A stretch of 43,511 bases of DNA, from positions 1-43,511 of the forward strand of contig JBGFRZ010000067.1 of assembly GCA_041694835.1 (NCBI GenBank), given 5' to 3'. The position numbers and the translations under genes were made by a program. Source of the stretch: Ignavibacteria bacterium (lineage in GTDB: Bacteria > Elusimicrobiota > Endomicrobiia > PHAN01). The notes beneath the pieces are model-generated. The model worked only from the letters and a program-made list of their open reading frames with translations. It was not told where the DNA came from and made no database searches. Position 1 is the stretch's first letter; each line of letters starts with the position of its first letter. This document shows, one piece after another, positions 19,283-29,608 of this stretch.

Positions 19283-21162
19283 GAAAAATAATCCCGGCGG
19301 TTTTTATACTTGTCATCGTTACATTCTTTTTATCGCCGATACTTTTTACTGGCAAGAGTTTTTTTATAAGGGATATCTTGACTTTTTTTCATCCGCAACA
19401 AACTCTTGTCAATGAGATTGTCCAACGCGGAGATATTCCGCTGTGGAATCCTTATGGCTATATGGGGATGCCGCTTCTTGCGACATGGCAATCAAGGATT
19501 TTTTCTCCGTTAAGTCCATTGTTTTACATATTCGGATTTGTAATCGGCACGAAACTCTTTTACGCAGCATGCATGTTTTTAGCCGGATTTTTCTGCTATC
19601 TCTTCTTAAAAACCCAAAAGTTGTCATCGACGGCATCAATGACAGGCTCATTTTTATGGATGTTAAACGGATATTTTATAACGAAACTTGAATTTTTCAG
19701 TGTGCTTTCAACGATATCCCTCTCATTCGCGGCACTATGCCTAATCCCATATCCGATAATCGCAGCTCTGGCTTTGTCGCTGTCTTTTTTAGGCGGATAT
19801 CCCGCTTTTTTTATGATATTTCTCAATTACTTTGCTTTTTCTTTGCTAAAAAATAAGTTTAGAAAAGCGATGGCGAGTTCTGGAATTTTTTTGGCAATTG
19901 TCGCCGTTCAGATGATTCCAACGATGGAACTTGTGTTCAATACTTTTCAGGCTAAAACCGGGGGGTTTAAGCCTGAAGTCGCCTTTGCCAATTCGCTAAA
20001 AGTTAGTGAATTGAACAACATTGTTTTGCCAGATAGCGATGGAAATCGGAGAGGCGCAAAGTATCATTGGAATAAACCCCTTTATATAGGCTTTATGGCG
20101 TCGCTGATTTTTTTTGTAGGAATTTTAAGAGGAAAGTTAAAATTAAAATACTTTTGGGCATTAGTCTGCTTTTTGGGGATTTTTTTTGCCTTCGGTGAAA
20201 ATTTTCCGTTATATAAAGTATTCTACAATTATTTTTATCCATTTCGTCTTTTCAGATACCCGTCTCTAATGATATTTTTCTTTGCGATAGGCGCTACAGT
20301 TATCGCCGCATCTGGAATCGATTTTCTTAAAAACTCTAAAATCCGCCTTGTCATTTTGACGGTGATGAGCGCCGAGCTTTTTTACAGAGGTTATAGATTT
20401 CAAGAAACCGCAGAACCCGCTCTGTTTTTTGTGGAGCCATCGGCGGTTGAATATATCAGAAAAACTCCTTTTACTCGTTTTGCTCTTACACCAAAAACGC
20501 ATGGCTCCAAAATGTTCAGCGGAAAAACTGTTCAGAATGCGTGGCTAAATGTTAGAATGAACTTAAAAGGTTTTACCAACTGGCCATATCGTATTTTCAA
20601 TGCATACGGCTACGGCGAGCCACTGACTCTTGAAGGAACGGAAAGGTTAATCGACAGGGCATACTCAAAAAAAACACCGGACGACGCATATAAGAATTTA
20701 AGCGACATTGGAGTTGGATATCTTTTAAGCAATGAAATTCTGACGAAATCTTCAAATTACAATCTACTGAATTCGGAACCACCATTTATTTACGCGACCA
20801 AAGCGAATCATCCGATTTTTTACATTGCGGATGAAAATGGCGAAACTAAAATCGCCACAGAGCCCGTTGAATTCAGCGAGAATAAAATCGTTTTTTCTTT
20901 CGCCTCCCAAGAGCGGTTAAGGAGATTTGTTCATCTTGAGAACTATTATCCATCGTGGTTTGCGTATCTGAATGGCAAAAGATATAGAGTCAATAGGCAC
21001 AATGAATTTTTTAAATCGATTGAAATTAAACCACTCGTCGACAGATTGATATTGTTCTATAACCCGGTTTCTTTTAATTTCGGACTGTGTATTACTTTGG
21101 TTTCTGTTTTAGGAATAGCGGCTTATCTTTTTAGTTTTATTTTTAAAAGGCAGATTCTATGA
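19279..21162 (+). CDS. YfhO-like polytopic membrane protein (GT-C-like)
   Basis: GDIPLWNPYGYMGMPLLA, LFRYP, and C-terminal ENYYPSWFAYLNG..FYNPVSF followed by a TM. Confidence 0.75.
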   Translation: MRKIIPAVFILVIVTFFLSPILFTGKSFFIRDILTFFHPQQTLVNEIVQRGDIPLWNPYGYMGMPLLATWQSRIFSPLSPLFYIFGFVIGTKLFYAACMFLAGFFCYLFLKTQKLSSTASMTGSFLWMLNGYFITKLEFFSVLSTISLSFAALCLIPYPIIAALALSLSFLGGYPAFFMIFLNYFAFSLLKNKFRKAMASSGIFLAIVAVQMIPTMELVFNTFQAKTGGFKPEVAFANSLKVSELNNIVLPDSDGNRRGAKYHWNKPLYIGFMASLIFFVGILRGKLKLKYFWALVCFLGIFFAFGENFPLYKVFYNYFYPFRLFRYPSLMIFFFAIGATVIAASGIDFLKNSKIRLVILTVMSAELFYRGYRFQETAEPALFFVEPSAVEYIRKTPFTRFALTPKTHGSKMFSGKTVQNAWLNVRMNLKGFTNWPYRIFNAYGYGEPLTLEGTERLIDRAYSKKTPDDAYKNLSDIGVGYLLSNEILTKSSNYNLLNSEPPFIYATKANHPIFYIADENGETKIATEPVEFSENKIVFSFASQERLRRFVHLENYYPSWFAYLNGKRYRVNRHNEFFKSIEIKPLVDRLILFYNPVSFNFGLCITLVSVLGIAAYLFSFIFKRQIL

Positions 21163-23051
21163 AGATAATATTTTCGATGTTTTTCTTCGTATTTTTACTG
21201 CTTTCACCTCTTTTTTTTAATCAAGGTTTTATTGGTAATTTTGGGGATTTAAATTTGCATTACTATCCGTTAAAACATCACATTTCAGAGCGATTGATTG
21301 CCGGCGAGACGCCGCTCTGGAATCCGTATGTATTTGGAGGAACACCTCTTCTGGCAAATCCCCAGAGCGGGATATTTTATCCCGTCGCCCAGTTTTTTTA
21401 TTTTTTCCCGATAAAATTTGCATTTAAACTTTGGCTTTTGTCGCATCTTTTTTTGTTATTTTTGTTTATGTTTATACTTATGAAACATTTTTTAAAAGAT
21501 AACCTTTCCGCTTTTGTGTCCTCGTTTATCTTTGTATTTTCATCTTATGTTATTTATCTCATCCCGGCCGGCCATTTAATACTGCTCGCTGGATGGTCGT
21601 GGCTACCCATTGTGGCTTTTTTTTACATAAAAATTTTGAATAAAAAATCAGTTTCTATGTTGATTCTGGCGGCGATTGCTATGGCTTTTCAATTTTTTTC
21701 AGGCCATCCTCAAGCAACATTTGTCACATTCATTTTCATTTTTGTAATTCTTGCATTTAATAAATTTTCCGGGCGGAAAAGAACAATCTTTTTTCTTTTG
21801 TTATTTGCCTCCGCGGTTTCTGTGCAACTTCTGCCATCACTGGAACTTTCAACTATGACTGAAGATATTTTTTGGAAACCCCTTGCAAGGGCTTATTCTC
21901 TGGAATTTCAAAATCTACTCTCGTTGATTTTTCCTAATTATCAAGGCAATCCTTTGCAAGAAAATTATGAAGGGAGCATATCTTATTTTTTTACAAAAAA
22001 CAATCTATATTTTGGCGCTGTATCTTTGGCATTGAGCATATGCGGGATATATTACTTCATAAAGGATTTTAAAAACCATAAAAGGGCGGGCATGTTTTTT
22101 AATCTTATTCCAATTGGATTTTTACTCGCCAGCGGTTTTAATACGTCTCTTTATGAACTCTTGTATGATATCCCCGTGTGGAACTTTTTCAGAACGCCCT
22201 GCAGATTTTACATAATCGCTCTTATAGGTTTTTGTTTTTTTGTAGGTGTTGCAATCAAAAAAATTCCGCAAAAATTCAAATTCATCATAGTTGTTGCATT
22301 TTTTGAGTTGTTTATGTGGAGCTGGCGGTTTATTTACACCATAGAAATTCCAGTTGGAAGGAGTGAGTTTTCAAACATTTATGATGGTGCAAATCGCATA
22401 TTTACGACACCCGAAATTTCGGCCAATCTTTCAATGTTATATCATCACTACAACCTCAATGGTTACGATGCGTTGATTTTGAAAGATTATTTCAGGAGTT
22501 TTTATTCCCATTTCGCGCCGCCAGAAAAATCCCCACCTTCAACATTTCTGGATTTGAATGATTATTCCACCCTTCTTGACAGTGATTTTTCCGGATGGGG
22601 CATGAGATATATTTTAACAACCGAAAATCTGGATGGAAAATATTTTTTGCAAAAATCAGGGGCGGTCAATGTGTACGAAAAGAAGAACTTTTCACCGTTC
22701 ATTTTTGTTCCAGAAACATTAAGTTCGGGTGAAAACAATCCTCTTGCTTTTAAGTTGAAATCCTACAAAACATCTCCGGAGAAGACAAAAATAGAAGTCG
22801 AAGTTGAAAAAGATGGAGCGTTAGTAATTGGTGAATCGTATTATCCCGGTTGGCAGGCGTGGTCTAATGGGAAGCGCATAAATCTATCAAGGGGCGAGAA
22901 GATATGTAGACTTTTGTTTTTAGATGAATCCGATAAAAAAGTATATATTATTTTTAATCCAATCACATATAAAATAGGCGTTGCTTTAACTATTGCGACG
23001 GTTTTATTTTTACTGGCGTATATTTATTATAGAAAACTATGCTTTACATAA
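21159..23051 (+). CDS. YfhO-like polytopic membrane protein (GT-C-like), paralog of the previous gene
   Basis: GETPLWNPYVFGGTPLLANPQ, SGHPQ, FFRTPCRF and ESYYPGWQAWSNG. Confidence 0.78.
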   Translation: MKIIFSMFFFVFLLLSPLFFNQGFIGNFGDLNLHYYPLKHHISERLIAGETPLWNPYVFGGTPLLANPQSGIFYPVAQFFYFFPIKFAFKLWLLSHLFLLFLFMFILMKHFLKDNLSAFVSSFIFVFSSYVIYLIPAGHLILLAGWSWLPIVAFFYIKILNKKSVSMLILAAIAMAFQFFSGHPQATFVTFIFIFVILAFNKFSGRKRTIFFLLLFASAVSVQLLPSLELSTMTEDIFWKPLARAYSLEFQNLLSLIFPNYQGNPLQENYEGSISYFFTKNNLYFGAVSLALSICGIYYFIKDFKNHKRAGMFFNLIPIGFLLASGFNTSLYELLYDIPVWNFFRTPCRFYIIALIGFCFFVGVAIKKIPQKFKFIIVVAFFELFMWSWRFIYTIEIPVGRSEFSNIYDGANRIFTTPEISANLSMLYHHYNLNGYDALILKDYFRSFYSHFAPPEKSPPSTFLDLNDYSTLLDSDFSGWGMRYILTTENLDGKYFLQKSGAVNVYEKKNFSPFIFVPETLSSGENNPLAFKLKSYKTSPEKTKIEVEVEKDGALVIGESYYPGWQAWSNGKRINLSRGEKICRLLFLDESDKKVYIIFNPITYKIGVALTIATVLFLLAYIYYRKLCFT

Positions 23052-23764
23052 TTTTGCCAGCATATAACGAAGAAAAAAACCTCTCGGAGCTTTTGAACAA
23101 AATAAGAAACCTGAATTGGAGTTTTCCTTTCAAAGTAGTGGTGATCAACGACGGCTCATCGGACCGGACAAAAGATGTGGCGCATCAGTTGTCGACTTTT
23201 TTACCTATTATGATTTTGAATCATGCGACAAATATAGGTTTGGGCGGTGCTTTGAGAACTGCCTTCGATTATTTAAAAGAAAATGTAAAATCCACGGATA
23301 TCGTGATAGCGATGGACGCCGATAATACTCATCCCATAGATATGATATCCCCGATGCTTGAAGAAATGAAAAAAGGATTTGATATTGTAATTGCATCAAG
23401 ATTCTGCAAAGGGGGGAAGACATACGGGGTTCCGCTTTTAAGAAATTTAATGAGTCGTGCGGCAAATATTTTGTTTGAACTTTTAGTAAGTATAAAGAAT
23501 GTTTCGGATTATTCTTCGGGATTCAGGGCATATTCCGGAGTATTATTGAGAAAATATTTCGATGATTCCAAAAAAAATCAGTTGGTGACGGAAAAAGGTT
23601 TTACGGCTGGCTCCGAGATTTTACTCAAGCTCTCAAAATATGCTAGAAACATAAAAGAGATGCCTCTCGAACTCAGATATGATTATAAAAAAGGAAAATC
23701 TAAGATGAAGTTGTTCAGAACGATAGCCGGATATATAAAATTTATTTGGAGAAATCGTGGCTGA
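23039..23764 (+). CDS. GT2 glycosyltransferase (polyprenol-phosphate glycosyltransferase-like)
   Basis: ILPAYNE, NDGSSD, MDADNTH, ASRF and DYSSGFRAY. Confidence 0.9.
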   Translation: MLYIILPAYNEEKNLSELLNKIRNLNWSFPFKVVVINDGSSDRTKDVAHQLSTFLPIMILNHATNIGLGGALRTAFDYLKENVKSTDIVIAMDADNTHPIDMISPMLEEMKKGFDIVIASRFCKGGKTYGVPLLRNLMSRAANILFELLVSIKNVSDYSSGFRAYSGVLLRKYFDDSKKNQLVTEKGFTAGSEILLKLSKYARNIKEMPLELRYDYKKGKSKMKLFRTIAGYIKFIWRNRG

Positions 23765-24452
23765 AAGTAAAATCACAATAATCATTCCATCATATAATGA
23801 GGCTGAAACTGTCGGATTGGTGATAAAAAAATTAGATGAGCTATGTTTTGATAATATAAGTAAAGAAATACTTATTGTTAATGACGGCTCAACAGACGGG
23901 ACAAAAGAAATTTTGGAAAGATTGAAAGGCGGAGGATTGGATTTTAGAGTCGTTTCACATAAAAAAAACACTGGCAAAGGGGCCGCTATAAGAACGGGTT
24001 TCAAGTATGCTTCTGGCGATATTATCGTAATTCAGGACGCCGACCTTGAGTATAATCCCGACGATATAAAAAAACTTTTAATCCCCCTGCTCCAAAAAGA
24101 AAGTTCTGTCGTTTACGGCTCGAGATTCAAAATGAAACCCCCGGTTTTATATAACAGATATTACGCGGGGAACAAGATTTTAAGTTGGTTGATAAGCGTC
24201 TTATACAGACAAAAAATCACGGATTCATATACAGGGTACAAATTGTTTCTCAATAATGTTTTGAACACTCTTAAACTTAAAAGCGACGGATTTGAAATCG
24301 AAGCGGAAATCACCTGCCAGTTAATCAAAAAAGGATATAAAATATTGGAACTGCCAATATCTTATCAGCCGCGGACCATCGACGAGGGAAAAAAAATTTC
24401 GTGGCAAGATGGATTAAAAGGATTATGGACAATACTGAAAAATCGATTCTGA
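23757..24452 (+). CDS. GT2 glycosyltransferase (DPM1-like)
   Basis: IIPSYNE, NDGSTD, GKGAAIR, QDADLEYNP, VYGSRF and GKKISWQDG. Confidence 0.92.
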   Translation: MAESKITIIIPSYNEAETVGLVIKKLDELCFDNISKEILIVNDGSTDGTKEILERLKGGGLDFRVVSHKKNTGKGAAIRTGFKYASGDIIVIQDADLEYNPDDIKKLLIPLLQKESSVVYGSRFKMKPPVLYNRYYAGNKILSWLISVLYRQKITDSYTGYKLFLNNVLNTLKLKSDGFEIEAEITCQLIKKGYKILELPISYQPRTIDEGKKISWQDGLKGLWTILKNRF

Positions 24453-25582
24453 ATAAAGAAAGCAAGCCTTTGGCTGTTTGCATGCTGCTCGCCAGATTTT
24501 ATCCCGTGCTTGGCGGAACTGAATTACAGGCACAACGGATGGCGAAATCTGTCGTCGATAAAGGACACAATGTATTTGTTGTTACCGCCCGTCTCAAAAA
24601 TCTGAAAAAATACGAGATTGTTGACGGTCTATCAGTGTATAGAGTATATGCGTCGGGCAGGGGTTTTATTTCGTCTTTATTTTTTTGTGTTTCCGCACTA
24701 ATATTTCTTACAAAAAACAGATATAAATACGATATACTTCATGTGCACCTTGCTTCTTCGCACGCATTGATTGCGATTTTAATAAAGAAACTTTTTGGCA
24801 AAAAAATTGTTTTGAAATTCGGCGGGGCGAAAAAAACGGGAGATATCGGTGCGTCCCTGGCAAAACCGTTTGGCAAACTTAAACTCAAAATTATAAGAAA
24901 ATATTTCGATGCTTATATATCACCAAGCAGGGAAGTATACGAGGAAATGCTTCTCTCAAAATTTCCAAAAGATAAAATTTTTACAATCCCAAACGGTGTC
25001 AACACGGAACTTTTTAAACCCGCCAATTTTACTGAAAAAATGAACTTGAGAAAAAATCTCAATCTGCCGGATGCTCGACTCATCTGTATTTATACCGGAC
25101 GAATAGAAGCGGGCAAAGGAGTTAAAATACTGCTTGAGGCGTGGAAAAATATACCAAATGAAATAATTCTTCTAATTGTCGGCAAGGGCACGTTGCTAAA
25201 TAAACTGAAAGCGGCATTTCCACAAAAGAATATTTATTTTTTAGGGGAACAAACAAATGTGATGCGATATCTTCGAGCGTCGGATATTTTTATCCTTCCG
25301 TCTTTGGGAGAGGGTCTTTCCAACGCTCTTTTAGAGGCAATGTCATGTGGGCTCCTTATTTTAGCATCAAACATCGGGGGCAATTGGGATGTGATCATTG
25401 ATGGTCACAATGGCTTTTTATTCGATTCTGGCGATATAAACCAGTTAACAAAAAAGGTTAATTTAATAATCAGGGATTATGAAAAATTTTCGGAAATATC
25501 CCAAAACGCCCGGGCGACGATAGAAAAAGACTATTCATTCGAGAAAATAACCACCCTATATGAAAAATTATATAGACAGTAA
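24401..25582 (+). CDS. GT4 glycosyltransferase
   Basis: GGTELQ, IPNGVN and DIFILPSLGEGLSNALLEAMSCG; true start may be a downstream ATG. Confidence 0.92.
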   Translation: MARWIKRIMDNTEKSILNKESKPLAVCMLLARFYPVLGGTELQAQRMAKSVVDKGHNVFVVTARLKNLKKYEIVDGLSVYRVYASGRGFISSLFFCVSALIFLTKNRYKYDILHVHLASSHALIAILIKKLFGKKIVLKFGGAKKTGDIGASLAKPFGKLKLKIIRKYFDAYISPSREVYEEMLLSKFPKDKIFTIPNGVNTELFKPANFTEKMNLRKNLNLPDARLICIYTGRIEAGKGVKILLEAWKNIPNEIILLIVGKGTLLNKLKAAFPQKNIYFLGEQTNVMRYLRASDIFILPSLGEGLSNALLEAMSCGLLILASNIGGNWDVIIDGHNGFLFDSGDINQLTKKVNLIIRDYEKFSEISQNARATIEKDYSFEKITTLYEKLYRQ

Positions 25583-25605
25583 TCCCAGATTATTTTCAAA
25601 AACCC

Positions 25606-25661
25606 TTGACATTTAGATTAGTTTTATATATTATATATAGAATGTTTAGAATATCTTAAAC
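25606..25661 (+). promoter_or_regulatory. Sigma70 promoter plus candidate operator of the GbsR-like regulator
   Basis: TTGACA (25606-25611), 17 nt, TATTAT (25629-25634). Imperfect palindrome GTTTAGAATATCTTAAAC at 25644-25661. Confidence 0.6.
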
Positions 25662-25668
25662 GCTCATT

Positions 25669-26169
25669 ATGATTGAAAATTTTATTGACACTTTCGGGAA
25701 ATTAGCAGCATCGCTTGGATTAAACCGTGTTGTCGGTCAGATTTACGCTCTCCTCTATTTGTTGGACAACCCTCTCAGTTTAGATGATATCGCCAAGAAT
25801 CTTAAAATCAGTAAAGGTAATGTCAGTGTAAATATCAGAGAACTTGAAAGTTGGGGAGCGGTGAAAAAAATCTGGGTTCCCGGTTCTCGCAAGGATTATT
25901 ATGAAGCAAATCAGGATACCTTAAACGTAATCTACGGCCGTTTAAAGGTGCGACTGGAAAAAGCGTTTTCTGAACTAAACACAGGTCTCAATAATTGGGG
26001 GCAAAATTCCAATAAAGAAAGCGATAAAACAAAACAAAAACTCAAAAAAATCAAAGAAATAAAAAACTTTATGGAAATTGTCCTCAAAAGTCTGCCGCCT
26101 GAAATTTCAGGCGCTCAACTGATAAAAAAAATATCAACGCTTAATAAAATCAGGTTTTTGTTCAAATAA
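25669..26169 (+). CDS. GbsR/MarR-family transcriptional regulator
   Basis: GLNRVVGQIYALLYL..LSLDDIA..LKISKGNVSVNIREL..WG.V..PGSRKDYY. Confidence 0.88.
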   Translation: MIENFIDTFGKLAASLGLNRVVGQIYALLYLLDNPLSLDDIAKNLKISKGNVSVNIRELESWGAVKKIWVPGSRKDYYEANQDTLNVIYGRLKVRLEKAFSELNTGLNNWGQNSNKESDKTKQKLKKIKEIKNFMEIVLKSLPPEISGAQLIKKISTLNKIRFLFK

Positions 26170-26230
26170 TTAATCGCCACAATTGTGCACCAATGGTAGA
26201 TTTTAGAACATTGTTTACATTTTAGAAATG

Positions 26231-26275
26231 AAATCCCCCGGTAATTCCCCTTTAATAAAGAGGGAGGAGAGATTT
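26231..26275. repeat. AAATCCCCC..CCCTTT/AAAG.GGG..GATTT REP-like hairpin
   Basis: AAATCCCCCGGTAATTCCCCTTTAATAAAGAGGGAGGAGAGATTT; same family as the copies at 29478 and 30802. Confidence 0.7.
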
Positions 26276-26419
26276 TTTGCTGCGGAAGTCATGGAAAAAT
26301 GGAGATTTGCAATGTATTGTCTGTGCCAATCTGTGTTTTTTATTTTTTGCGCATTTCGTATTTCGCGGTGAGTTTTGAGGAACAACGAAATAAGAGGTTG
26401 ACAAATCTATTGCCTTGAT

Positions 26420-27439
26420 GTGGAGAAAATGAAAACGAAAGCGGTTTCAGTTATTATTGACACTTACAACTACGAACACTTTATTGAACAAGCGATTGAA
26501 AGCGTGTTGAATCAGGATTTTCCAAAAGAACAAATGGAGATAATCGTAGTTGATGACGGTTCAACAGACGATACGAGAGAAAAAGTAAAAAAATATGAAG
26601 GACGAATAAAATACATCTATCAGGAAAACAAAGGTCAGGCTGGAGCGTTCAATACAGGATTTTCCGCCGCTACCGGGGAGTATATTTGTTTTCTCGACGC
26701 AGATGATGTCTGGTATCCTGATAAATTAAACACAGTAGTGGAAAAATTTCAGAAATACCCTGAGGTTGGTCTTGTTCAACATCAATCAGAATATGTAGAC
26801 ATAAATGGCAAAAAGAAGGAACGAAAACTGCCCGTGCTTCCGGAATTTTATATAGTAAATGACCTACTTAAAGGGGATGCTCTCTTTTACGGAACAAGCA
26901 ATCTTTCATTTAGAAGAAAATTCTTGAAAGAAATTATGCCCGAGCCAGAGGAGATGGGAAATTATGCTGACCAATATCTATATTGCAATATACTCTTTTA
27001 CTCCCGCGCATATAGTATAAACACCCCTCTTGCCGCACATAGAATACATACTTCAAACTGGTATGCAAAAATGTTCAATAATACAAAAATGCTCGAGATG
27101 CACATAAAAGTTCTTGAAAAAGTAAATTTTTATGTCGAACAGAGAGCAAAACAACTTAATCTCATTCAGAAAAATCAAAAATTATATGTGAATCCTCTTA
27201 TAGGTATAACTCGTGAAAAAGTCATACTCTACCGTAAAAAGGGCGAATTTTTTAACGCACTAAAAGCCCTATTTGAAGTTGTTCGTAGTGGAATAACTCC
27301 ATTTGTGCTTTTTAAATCTTTAACCCTGCTCGTTGCCATATTTTCCCCCCGTGTCTACTTGAAATTATTTGAAGTATATTCACAGAAAGCAATATTGCCT
27401 AAATTGAGGATGAGATTTTTTCCAGATAATTATTACTAA
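26420..27439 (+). CDS. GT2 glycosyltransferase
   Basis: VSVIIDTYNY, VVDDGSTD, ENKGQAGAFN and FLDADD; start may be ATG 26429. Confidence 0.92.
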   Translation: MEKMKTKAVSVIIDTYNYEHFIEQAIESVLNQDFPKEQMEIIVVDDGSTDDTREKVKKYEGRIKYIYQENKGQAGAFNTGFSAATGEYICFLDADDVWYPDKLNTVVEKFQKYPEVGLVQHQSEYVDINGKKKERKLPVLPEFYIVNDLLKGDALFYGTSNLSFRRKFLKEIMPEPEEMGNYADQYLYCNILFYSRAYSINTPLAAHRIHTSNWYAKMFNNTKMLEMHIKVLEKVNFYVEQRAKQLNLIQKNQKLYVNPLIGITREKVILYRKKGEFFNALKALFEVVRSGITPFVLFKSLTLLVAIFSPRVYLKLFEVYSQKAILPKLRMRFFPDNYY

Positions 27440-27588
27440 AGCAACGATAAAGAAGTTTTTCGGCACAAAAATAACCATTTTTTTAACCGACATATATAGA
27501 GCGATAAAAAATACAATTTTTTTTAATTGCAAAATTAAAGACAGAATAATGAAACTGTTGATGGAGTCGTTGACCACAGAAAACAATT

Positions 27589-27656
27589 TAGTCCACAGTC
27601 GATAGTCAATGGTCGACAGAATCCAAGGATTGTGCGATGGACAGTGACTATTGACA
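27589..27656. repeat. Heptamer repeat block with inverted arms
   Basis: TAGTCCA CAGTCGA TAGTCAA TGGTCGA ... TGGACAG TGACTA TTGACA. Confidence 0.6.
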
Positions 27657-27774
27657 TTGATATATGTCAAGATGTTTCAGCACTCGCAATTTATAACTTA
27701 TCGACAAATTTGATAAACTATGACGACTATCGATAAAAACGTTCAGCGAGCCGGTAAAATATCGGTGATACTTT

Positions 27775-28776
27775 ATGCTCATAACTAAAACGCCTCACAG
27801 AATATCTTTTTTTGGTGGCGGCACGGATTATCCGTCGTGGTATCTTGAAAATGATGGCAAGGTGCTCGGTGCTGCCATTGACAAATATTGCTATTTGATT
27901 GTCCGCGAACTGCCCCCCTTTTTCGAGTATAAACACAGGGTTGTTTACTCGCTAATCGAAAACACAAAGACGCTCGACGAAATACAGCATCCTTTGGTAA
28001 GAGAGGCGTTGAAATATCTGAAATATGAGAAAGGGATTTCAATACATCATGATGGAGATATACCGGCACGGTCTGGAATGGGTTCGAGTTCGGCGTTTAC
28101 CGTCGGACTTATTAACGCTATGTATGCTCTTGGGGGGCGGGCTATTTCGAAAAACGAACTAAGTTCTCTTGCAATACATATCGAGCAAGAAATAATAAAA
28201 GAAAATGTCGGCTCACAAGACCAGGTTTTTGCTGCTCACGGAGGATTTAATAAAATCGATTTTCTCAAAAGCGGCGAAATAGTGATATCCCCCGTAATTA
28301 TGACAAAAGACAACTTAACTTCGTTCGAAAAAAAGTTGATGTTATTCTTTACGGGGATATCGCGGAATGCATCGGATATTGCGGCGGAGCAGATTAAAAA
28401 TATCGGGAAAAATAAACTTGAACTCAATTACATGGCTCAATTGGTCGACGATGCTTATGGGATACTCTCATCCCCAAAGCCCGAATTCAAAGATTTTGGC
28501 CGGTTGCTGGATGAAACATGGAAATTAAAGAAAAGTCTGTCTACCAAGATAAGCAACAGTTACATCGACGGAATTTATGAAACAGCAATGAAAAACGGTG
28601 CTGTTGGTGGGAAATTGCTTGGCGCCGGCGGCGGCGGTTTTATGCTTTTTTATGTGGAACCCGAAGAACAAGCGAGAGTAAAAGCGGCGATGGGCAATCT
28701 TTTGCAGATACCTTTTGAGTTTGAATATTTCGGTAGTCAGATAATTTATTATTCACGGCAAGGGGCAACAAAGTGA
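27775..28776 (+). CDS. hddA: D-glycero-alpha-D-manno-heptose-7-phosphate kinase (GHMP family)
   Basis: TPHRISFFGGGTD, PARSGMGSSS, GSQDQ and GGKLLGAGGGGF. Confidence 0.88.
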   Translation: MLITKTPHRISFFGGGTDYPSWYLENDGKVLGAAIDKYCYLIVRELPPFFEYKHRVVYSLIENTKTLDEIQHPLVREALKYLKYEKGISIHHDGDIPARSGMGSSSAFTVGLINAMYALGGRAISKNELSSLAIHIEQEIIKENVGSQDQVFAAHGGFNKIDFLKSGEIVISPVIMTKDNLTSFEKKLMLFFTGISRNASDIAAEQIKNIGKNKLELNYMAQLVDDAYGILSSPKPEFKDFGRLLDETWKLKKSLSTKISNSYIDGIYETAMKNGAVGGKLLGAGGGGFMLFYVEPEEQARVKAAMGNLLQIPFEFEYFGSQIIYYSRQGATK

Positions 28777-29504
28777 TGGCCGCTGATATGAGCAAGATGT
28801 ATGCAGTGGTGTTGTGCGGCGGCTTGGGAAAACGTTTAAGAAAAATTGTGGGTAGCCGTCCAAAGCCGATGGTGTTGGTGAACGGCCGCCCATTTTTGGA
28901 TTTTGTAATAGAGCGACTTTTGAAATATGATATAAGCAACATTATACTTTGCGCCGGTTATAAGTCGGATACAATAAAAAAGTATTACAATAGAAAAAAA
29001 ATTGCGGCAAACATAGTTATTTCTAACGAGAAAAAACCGCTTGACACGGCGGGTGCCGTTAAAAACGCCAATAGCAAAATAAAGAGCAACCCTTTTTTTG
29101 TCTTAAACGGCGATTCGATTTGCACGGTGGATTTTTCGAAGATGCTTGACTTCCATATAAGAAAAAGAGCTTCGGCAACGATTGCTTTGACGAAAATGAA
29201 AAAAATTTCCGATTACGGTGTCGTTGCACTGGATAGTGAGGGAAAAATTACGGCATTCAACGAAAAAAGAAAAGATGCCGCAGCCGGCCTTGTAAATTCA
29301 GGGGTATATGTTTTCGATAAAAAAGTGCTTTCGTCGATTCCATGTCTACAAAAATATTCTCTGGAATACGACTTGTTCCCCCGCCTGAAAAACTGCTACG
29401 GATATGTTACTAAAGCAACCTTGCTGGATATAGGAACTCCTGAAAGATACAGAATGGCCGAAAAATTTTTAAATATGAAATCTCCCTCAGTCCCACTTTT
29501 GTAA
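28773..29504 (+). CDS. hddC: Sugar-1-phosphate guanylyltransferase (HddC-like)
   Basis: LCGGLGKRLR..PKPM, PLDTAGA, VLNGDS, SLEYD and DIGTPE; follows hddA. Confidence 0.8.
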   Translation: MMAADMSKMYAVVLCGGLGKRLRKIVGSRPKPMVLVNGRPFLDFVIERLLKYDISNIILCAGYKSDTIKKYYNRKKIAANIVISNEKKPLDTAGAVKNANSKIKSNPFFVLNGDSICTVDFSKMLDFHIRKRASATIALTKMKKISDYGVVALDSEGKITAFNEKRKDAAAGLVNSGVYVFDKKVLSSIPCLQKYSLEYDLFPRLKNCYGYVTKATLLDIGTPERYRMAEKFLNMKSPSVPLL

Positions 29505-29592
29505 AGGGGCTAAATCCCCCCGCTTCGCCCTCCTTTAATAAAGGGGAAAAGAGGTGGATTTGGGAGGGATATTAACCGAAGGGGGTTGAAGA
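29478..29592 (+). repeat. Composite REP-like repeat, copy 1 (supplies the hddC stop)
   Basis: AAATCTCCCTCAGTCCCACTTTTGTAAAGGGGCTAAATCCCCCCGCTTCGCCCTCCTTTAATAAAGGGG..GGATTTG..TAACCGAAGG. Confidence 0.9.
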
Positions 29593-29608
29593 AATATCTA
29601 CCCGACAA

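Noticed and set aside
26398-26426. TTGACA upstream of the GT2 gene as a promoter
   Set aside because: No credible -10 at 16-18 nt spacing.
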